Source: an uncultured bacterium (GTDB lineage: Bacteria > UBP4 > UBA4092). Taken from it: a stretch of 64,000 bases of DNA. The notes under the pieces are model-generated. The model made no database searches, had not been told where the DNA came from, and saw nothing but the letters and a program-made list of their open reading frames with translations. Position numbers and translations under genes: made by a program. Shown here piece after piece: positions 58,250 through 64,000 of the stretch (position 1 is the stretch's first letter; every line of letters begins with the position of its first letter). The stretch lies in assembly GCA_964644695.1 (NCBI GenBank), contig CAZXWN010000001.1, positions 182,869 through 246,868 on the forward strand, given 5' to 3'.

Positions 58250-59866
58250 ATGCAAAAAGCCAGTATTGTAATGCCGCTGAAAAATGGACAGATTGCACAT
58301 GAGAAAGCCATTAAGGCGGTTCTTTCCCAGACCATTGATGAGATTGAGTTGATTATTCTCGATACTCGCACTGAAAAGGAAAAAAAGAACGAAAAGGAAC
58401 AGGCGTTATTCAAGTTCAATCCCCGTATTTATTATTTTGATAAACAGTTTAAGAACAATTCTGAAATGATGAATTTTGGGATTGAAGTATCTAAATCTCC
58501 CTATTTAATCTTTAATCCATTTGGTGTGGTATTAAATGGTGATGCCGTTGCCAAATTTGTTGATTCTCTGCAGCAAAATCCCAAGGCTGCCATGATTTAT
58601 TCAAATTACAAAGAAGTCAATGAAGAAGGTAAAGAAAGATTGGTTGAGTTATATCCCGATGAACGTGAATTATCCGAAAACTGGGAATATGGCCATGCCA
58701 AAGCCTATCGGATCGAATATCTCGATAAAGTGGGTCGGTTTGATGAATCCTTCTTCCATGTAGAAGAATATGAGCTTCGTTTGCGATTAGATGATCATTA
58801 TCAGATCAGTCTTTTAAAAGAGCCTCTCTATACTTATTATGCATCTCCGGTAAATGATGATAATAAAGCCCTGATGGCAAAACTGCACACCAAAGATTCT
58901 GGGAAACTGGGTTCCTTCTCATATCTTTTCGAGAACAAAGAAAAGTCCCTCGAACTCGAACGTGCCTGTAAAAATACACTCCGCCGCAGAGGCGCATTCC
59001 TTTACCGTGATAATGAAGTAATAACTTATCCAAAAGGAAAACGGTGGCCAGTTAAAGTAAGTGTGATTATCCCGTGTTTCAATCGGGGTGGATATTTAGG
59101 TAAAGCAATTGACAGTATTTTGCGACAGTCCTACCAGGATTTTGAAATTGTCATTGTTGATAATGGATCCAGTGACAATAGTATTCAGGTTGCTGAAGAA
59201 TATTGTAAGAAGGATAAACGGATTAAATTGATTAAGAACAAAATCAATATTATTTCCGTCTCCCTGAACAAGGGGTTACGAGCTGCAAAAGGTAAATATT
59301 ATGCGCAGTTAGACTCAGATGATGAATACGCACCAGATTGTCTGAAGAATATGGTGGAATTTTTAGAATCCCATCCAAAATGTTGTGTAGCGGTCTCTTA
59401 TTACCAACTCATGGATGTTAATAGCATTTTGATTCCTGAGTTAGGGACCATTGATCATCTTGAATATGACCGGAACAATATCATGCGTGTTGGCGGTGCC
59501 GGTGCTTTACGAGTCTATCATCGTGAAATCATTCTTAACGAATTTGGTGGTTTTGATGAAAAGGATTTCGGCAGTTTCGGTGAGGATTATGATTTGAATT
59601 TACGGATATCTGAAAAATATGATATTGGTAGAGTTCATGCTGTCTGTTATTACTATCGCAGACATGCCGATAATACAGATGTAATCCGTGATCCATATAT
59701 GAAATTACATAATAAAGCCTTGGCCAGAATTCGTGCACTTAACCGCCGTATTAAGCTGAACCAGAAGCTTGAAAAAGAGCGGCAAGCTGCTATCAAGAAG
59801 ATGGATAAGGTGACAGTAAAAGCAAAAAAGAGTGTGAATACAAAAAAGTCCACTAAGAAAAAATAA
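58250..59866 (+). CDS. Glycosyltransferase family 2 with two GT-A domains
   Basis: Degenerate N-terminal GT2; C-terminal SVIIPCFN, VDNGSSD, LDSDD, GEDY; Lys-rich tail. Confidence 0.85.
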   Translation: MQKASIVMPLKNGQIAHEKAIKAVLSQTIDEIELIILDTRTEKEKKNEKEQALFKFNPRIYYFDKQFKNNSEMMNFGIEVSKSPYLIFNPFGVVLNGDAVAKFVDSLQQNPKAAMIYSNYKEVNEEGKERLVELYPDERELSENWEYGHAKAYRIEYLDKVGRFDESFFHVEEYELRLRLDDHYQISLLKEPLYTYYASPVNDDNKALMAKLHTKDSGKLGSFSYLFENKEKSLELERACKNTLRRRGAFLYRDNEVITYPKGKRWPVKVSVIIPCFNRGGYLGKAIDSILRQSYQDFEIVIVDNGSSDNSIQVAEEYCKKDKRIKLIKNKINIISVSLNKGLRAAKGKYYAQLDSDDEYAPDCLKNMVEFLESHPKCCVAVSYYQLMDVNSILIPELGTIDHLEYDRNNIMRVGGAGALRVYHREIILNEFGGFDEKDFGSFGEDYDLNLRISEKYDIGRVHAVCYYYRRHADNTDVIRDPYMKLHNKALARIRALNRRIKLNQKLEKERQAAIKKMDKVTVKAKKSVNTKKSTKKK

Positions 59867-59882
59867 CTAAATGTGATAAATT

Positions 59883-59925
59883 AAAACGACAGGGATTCCC
59901 AGAATTGGAATCCCTGTCGTTTTTT
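59883..59925 (+). terminator. Strong intrinsic terminator-like hairpin
   Basis: AAAACGACAGGGATTCC / GGAATCCCTGTCGTTTT 17-bp stem + T-tract. Confidence 0.85.
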
Positions 59926-59938
59926 CACAGGAGTTGTT

Positions 59939-60991
59939 ATGGATATAATGAAAGCCGCTGTTTATCGTGGTAAAGACCATATCGTTGTTGAAGAAGTACC
60001 AATACCTGAGATTAAGGCAGGAGAAATCCTGGTTAAAATCGATACCTGTGGCGTATGTGGTACGGATTTGAAGAAGGTAAAAGATGGTTTGGTTGAACCT
60101 CCACGAATTTTTGGACACGAAATGGCTGGTACTATCGCTGAAGTAGGACAAGGTGTATCAAAATGGAAGATAGGCGATCGGGTTGCAGTCTATCATCATA
60201 TTCCATGTAAAAAATGTTACTATTGCCAAGTTAAGGCGTATTCCATGTGTTCTGGGTATAAAGTGACCGGAACAACCGCTGGCTTTTCTCCTGCGGGTGG
60301 TGGGTTTGCTGAATATATCCGAGTTATGGATTGGATCGTTGATGAAGGAACCGTATTAATTCCTGATGATGTATCTTTTGAAATGGCATCCTTTCTTGAG
60401 CCATTAAACACTTGCTTGAAAGCAGTAGAAACAGCTCACATTACCGAGGGACAAACGGTTTTAATCGTTGGACAGGGTCCCATAGGATTATTATTAACGC
60501 AATTAGTGTCACAAAAAGGTGCCAAAGTTATCACCACCGATCGATTGGCTTCAAGACTTAACCAGTCTCTTTCGATGGGGGCTTCATTGACACTTCAAGC
60601 AGATTCCCCTGATATTAATCAAAGCATTATGGAATTCACATCAGGTCGGGGAGTTGATACGTCAATTATTGCTACAGCTAATAACAGTGTAGTGGATTTT
60701 GCGCTTGGAATAACTCGATATGCGGGAACTGTTTTGCTCTTTGCCCAGACTAAAATGGGTGACTTGGTAAACGTGGATTTAGGTGAAATCTGTGCGCATG
60801 AGAAACGGTTAATTGGGAGCTACAGCTCCTCAATTGATTTGAATAAAATAGTTGAAAATTTGATTTTTACACGAAAAGTTAATGTGGCATCATTAGTAAC
60901 ACATCGATTTAGCTTAGAAAATATTCTTCAGGGGATTAATTTGGCCTTGCATCCAGATGAATCCTCTCTGAAAATAGTTATTAAACCATAG
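59939..60991 (+). CDS. Zinc-dependent (MDR) alcohol/polyol dehydrogenase
   Basis: CGTD, GHE, CxxCxxC structural Zn site, GQGPIG. Confidence 0.92.
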   Translation: MDIMKAAVYRGKDHIVVEEVPIPEIKAGEILVKIDTCGVCGTDLKKVKDGLVEPPRIFGHEMAGTIAEVGQGVSKWKIGDRVAVYHHIPCKKCYYCQVKAYSMCSGYKVTGTTAGFSPAGGGFAEYIRVMDWIVDEGTVLIPDDVSFEMASFLEPLNTCLKAVETAHITEGQTVLIVGQGPIGLLLTQLVSQKGAKVITTDRLASRLNQSLSMGASLTLQADSPDINQSIMEFTSGRGVDTSIIATANNSVVDFALGITRYAGTVLLFAQTKMGDLVNVDLGEICAHEKRLIGSYSSSIDLNKIVENLIFTRKVNVASLVTHRFSLENILQGINLALHPDESSLKIVIKP

Positions 60992-61036
60992 TTTTCAAAT
61001 TCCTTATATAAGAATGGGAAGTGAGACGGCAATATA

Positions 61037-62098
61037 GTGGACACAGTATCTGATAGTGGTGCAGTGATGACTGCGGCAATCCTTCATGGAAGGGAAGATG
61101 TTCGTATTGAGCAAATTCCTATTCCAATTCCAGGGCCTGGTGAAGTCTTAGTGAAAATTAAGACTGCATTAACTTGTGGAACCGATTTGAAGGTATACCG
61201 TCGTGGCTATCATGCACGGATGTTAAAGCCTCCCACCGTGTTTGGTCATGAATTCTCTGGGGTTGTCGATAAAGTTGGAGATGGTGTAACGCAATTTTTT
61301 CCTGGAATGCGAGTCGTGGCTGCAAATTCAGCGCCATGTGGTGGATGTTTTTTTTGCAAAAAAGATAAGCCTAACCTTTGTACCGATTTGCTTTTCGTAA
61401 ATGGAGCCTATGCCGAATATATTTGTCTTCCATCCCGAATTGTTGAGAAAAACCTGATAGAAATTCCAGAAAATGTTACTTTCATGCAAGCGGCACTGGT
61501 CGAACCTCTGGCTTGTGTTGTAAAGGGCGTTGAGGATTCGGATATTCATCCTGGAGACTTAGTGGGAGTCTTAGGTACAGGCCCAATTGCGTATATGTTT
61601 GTCGCATTAGCTAAGCTGAAAGGTGCCAAAGTTATTTCTGTAGGCCGTCGAGATGAGCGATTGAGTATCTCCCAGAAGTTAGGGGCTGATTATTTAGTGA
61701 ATTCTACTCGCTTAGATGTGGTTGAAGCCATTAAAACTATCTCAGAGGGAAACTATGGTGCCGATGTGATGATTGAGTGTATTGGGCAACCCGTTTGGTG
61801 GGAAAAAGCTATTGCCTGTCTACGAAAAGGTGGGGTCGTTAATTTATTTGGAGGGTGTCCTTCAAATACAGCAATTGAAGTAAACACTGAACGACTCCAT
61901 TATTCTGAATTGACATTAAAAGCCAGTTTTCACCACACGCCTAAACATATTAGAGAGTCTTTGGAATTGATATCGACTGGCCGTATTAACACAGACTTAT
62001 TTATTAGTGGTGAGAAGCCTTTAAGTGAGTTGCCTTTTTTATTTGATGAAATGGCCAATCGTTTAAATCAGTCTATTAAGATGGCAATTATTCCCTGA
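61037..62098 (+). CDS. Zinc-dependent (MDR) alcohol/polyol dehydrogenase
   Basis: TCGTD, GHE, CGGCFFC...C, GTGPI. Confidence 0.92.
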   Translation: MDTVSDSGAVMTAAILHGREDVRIEQIPIPIPGPGEVLVKIKTALTCGTDLKVYRRGYHARMLKPPTVFGHEFSGVVDKVGDGVTQFFPGMRVVAANSAPCGGCFFCKKDKPNLCTDLLFVNGAYAEYICLPSRIVEKNLIEIPENVTFMQAALVEPLACVVKGVEDSDIHPGDLVGVLGTGPIAYMFVALAKLKGAKVISVGRRDERLSISQKLGADYLVNSTRLDVVEAIKTISEGNYGADVMIECIGQPVWWEKAIACLRKGGVVNLFGGCPSNTAIEVNTERLHYSELTLKASFHHTPKHIRESLELISTGRINTDLFISGEKPLSELPFLFDEMANRLNQSIKMAIIP

Positions 62099-62129
62099 TG
62101 AACCCTCCGAAATCAGCTAGAATTATTCC

Positions 62130-63029
62130 ATGAAAATACCAGCAACTTTAATGAAAGATTATTCTCTTTTTTTTACGGGAAAGGAGAATACTCTTACACA
62201 GGCTGAACGTTATTGCCAATATTTGGCAACTCACCATTATGAGAATTTTACAGTAGTTTCCTGGTTCTTACCCAAAGATAAGCGTCAGGACTTTTATAAC
62301 ATCTATTCCTATTGCCGCTGGGCTGATGATCTTGGTGATGAAACTGGATCTGTTCAGCAATCCATTGACCTTTTAAGCTGGTGGGAAGATGAACTGATAT
62401 CGTGTTATGCAGGAAAACCCAATCATCCAGTTTTTCAAGCACTCTATAAAACAATAGAAAAGTATGACATACCAATTCTCCCTTTTAAAAACCTAATTAA
62501 AGCCTTCCTGCAGGATCAAACCGTAAATCGATACAAAACAATGGATGAACTTAAAGATTATTGCTGTCATTCAGCCAATCCAGTTGGACACCTCGTTTTA
62601 TATCTTTGTGGATATCGTGATGAGAAGAGACAGTTATTATCCGATAAAACATGTACTGCTTTGCAGCTGGCTAATTTTTGGCAGGACATTACTGTTGATT
62701 TGATGAAGGGTAGGATTTATCTGCCTTTAGATGATATTAAAATGTTTGGTTATAGTGAGGAAATGTTAAAAAACAAGATTTTTAATAATCAGTTCAAAAA
62801 CCTTATGGAATATGAGGTTAATCTCACGCGGCAGATGTTTTATGATGGTCAGGAATTGTTTGAATTAATAGAAAAACCTCTGAGATTAGATATTGAATTA
62901 TTCAACCAGGGCGGTTTGCTTATACTGGATGCAATCGAAAAAAACAATTATGATGTTTTGTGCAGAAGACCTTCTTTAACAAAAGTAACAAAATTAAGAC
63001 TAATGTTTCAAAGGATAATAGGGTTATAA
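62130..63029 (+). CDS. hpnC: Squalene synthase HpnC (hydroxysqualene synthase)
   Basis: HYENFTVVS, YSYCRWADDLGDE, SANPVG, CTALQLANFWQD, GRIYLP. Confidence 0.92.
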   Translation: MKIPATLMKDYSLFFTGKENTLTQAERYCQYLATHHYENFTVVSWFLPKDKRQDFYNIYSYCRWADDLGDETGSVQQSIDLLSWWEDELISCYAGKPNHPVFQALYKTIEKYDIPILPFKNLIKAFLQDQTVNRYKTMDELKDYCCHSANPVGHLVLYLCGYRDEKRQLLSDKTCTALQLANFWQDITVDLMKGRIYLPLDDIKMFGYSEEMLKNKIFNNQFKNLMEYEVNLTRQMFYDGQELFELIEKPLRLDIELFNQGGLLILDAIEKNNYDVLCRRPSLTKVTKLRLMFQRIIGL

Positions 63030-63032
63030 AGA

Positions 63033-63893
63033 ATGGCTATTTCACTGGATGACTCATATCGTTATTGTGAACAAATAACCCGACATGCCGCCAAAAATTT
63101 CTACTATTCATTTCTTTTACTTCCCAGGGAAAAGAGACTATCTCTGTATGCAATTTATGCTTTCATGAGATATTGTGATGATGCCGTTGATGAGCCTGTA
63201 GAATATAAAGAACAAACATCTTCTGTCGCTATGTGTCGTGAGCAACTGGATATGGCTCTTAATAAAACGGTTCCTGACCACCCGCTTTTCCCAGCATTTA
63301 TTGATTCGATTGATAAATATAATATTCCTTCAAAGTATTTATATGAAGTCTTGGAGGGAATGGAAATGGACTTGGTCAAAAAAAGATATGAAACATTTGA
63401 GGAGTTAAAAAAATACTGTTACCATGCTGCTTCAGCTGTGGGCCTGGTAACTTTACAGGTTTTTGGTTATTCGGAACAATATAAGGTTTATCCTCTTGCT
63501 GTAGATTGTGGTATCGCCTTACAAATGACAAATATCATTAGGGATCTAAAGGAAGATGCAAATCGTGACAGAATATATTTTCCTCAATGTGACTGGAATC
63601 AATATGGTCTTTCTGAAGATGATTTTAAAACAAACAAGTCTTCACCGTTAATGACAAGTTATTTATCATCTGTTGTTCAACAAACAGAGCAATTTTACCA
63701 GTCAGCTTACAAACTAATTCCCTATATTGATAAAGACTCTCGATGTGCATTAAGTGCCATGATAGATATTTATCATCATATTCTCCTAAAGATTAAAGAT
63801 CATAATTACGATGTCTTTTCTCGAAGGATAAGTTTGCCACCTCTCCAGAAAATTGGTATTGGACTGAAATCTGTATTAAGAGAGAAAATATGA
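63033..63893 (+). CDS. hpnD: Presqualene diphosphate synthase HpnD (squalene/phytoene synthase family)
   Basis: NFYYSF, YAFMRYCDDAVD, GMEMD, ALQMTNIIRDLKED, RIYFP; follows hpnC. Confidence 0.88.
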   Translation: MAISLDDSYRYCEQITRHAAKNFYYSFLLLPREKRLSLYAIYAFMRYCDDAVDEPVEYKEQTSSVAMCREQLDMALNKTVPDHPLFPAFIDSIDKYNIPSKYLYEVLEGMEMDLVKKRYETFEELKKYCYHAASAVGLVTLQVFGYSEQYKVYPLAVDCGIALQMTNIIRDLKEDANRDRIYFPQCDWNQYGLSEDDFKTNKSSPLMTSYLSSVVQQTEQFYQSAYKLIPYIDKDSRCALSAMIDIYHHILLKIKDHNYDVFSRRISLPPLQKIGIGLKSVLREKI

Positions 63894-64000
63894 CTCGTGT
63901 TTTAGTTGTGGGGGGGGGCATTTCTGGAATAACAGCGGCCTTAAAATCTGCACAGGCAGGTTATGATGTGACACTTATAGAGAGTCGCCCTTATTTGGGC
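63890..64000 (+). CDS. hpnE: FAD-dependent oxidoreductase, probable hydroxysqualene dehydroxylase HpnE (5' partial)
   Basis: MTRVLVVGGGISGITAALKSAQAGYDVTLIESRPYLG Rossmann N-terminus; ATGA overlap with hpnD. Confidence 0.75.
   Translation, partial: MTRVLVVGGGISGITAALKSAQAGYDVTLIESRPYLG

Overview
AT-rich bacterial chromosomal segment (by eye roughly 35-40% GC, not computed), densely coding, probably from a diderm, little-studied lineage. It has lipoproteins, a LolA-like protein and an orphan type IV pilin of an expanded-family type. Housekeeping genes: trxA, ddl, hisD-hisC, dnaE-accA, an operon gspE/pilB-like-cvpA-recN-SBP-truA-purN-mfd, and cdd. Accessory content: a glycosyltransferase cluster; a sugar-utilisation locus (corrinoid protein, FAH, heterodimeric ABC exporter, GH-like TIM barrel, LacI, ROK, sugar ABC importer); and the start of a hopanoid/squalene cluster (two Zn-dehydrogenases, hpnC, hpnD, hpnE). 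I saw no rRNA, tRNA, CRISPR array, transposase or prophage. Most notable: (1) a three-domain regulator (degenerate KaiC/RecA-like ATPase + cytoplasmic sugar-binding protein + AraC HTH) at the centre of a CBM-protein/pilin/phosphodiesterase module; (2) a loop-less 26-30 bp palindrome (ATCGAACAAGATCGATCTTGTTCGAT) in three separate intergenic regions; (3) a promoter-driven structured RNA that I do not recognise, upstream of NlpC/P60-ddl; (4) a membrane-anchored, zinc-ribbon PilB/GspE ATPase plus other scattered candidate type IV filament parts. All family assignments come from motif recognition by eye, not database searches.
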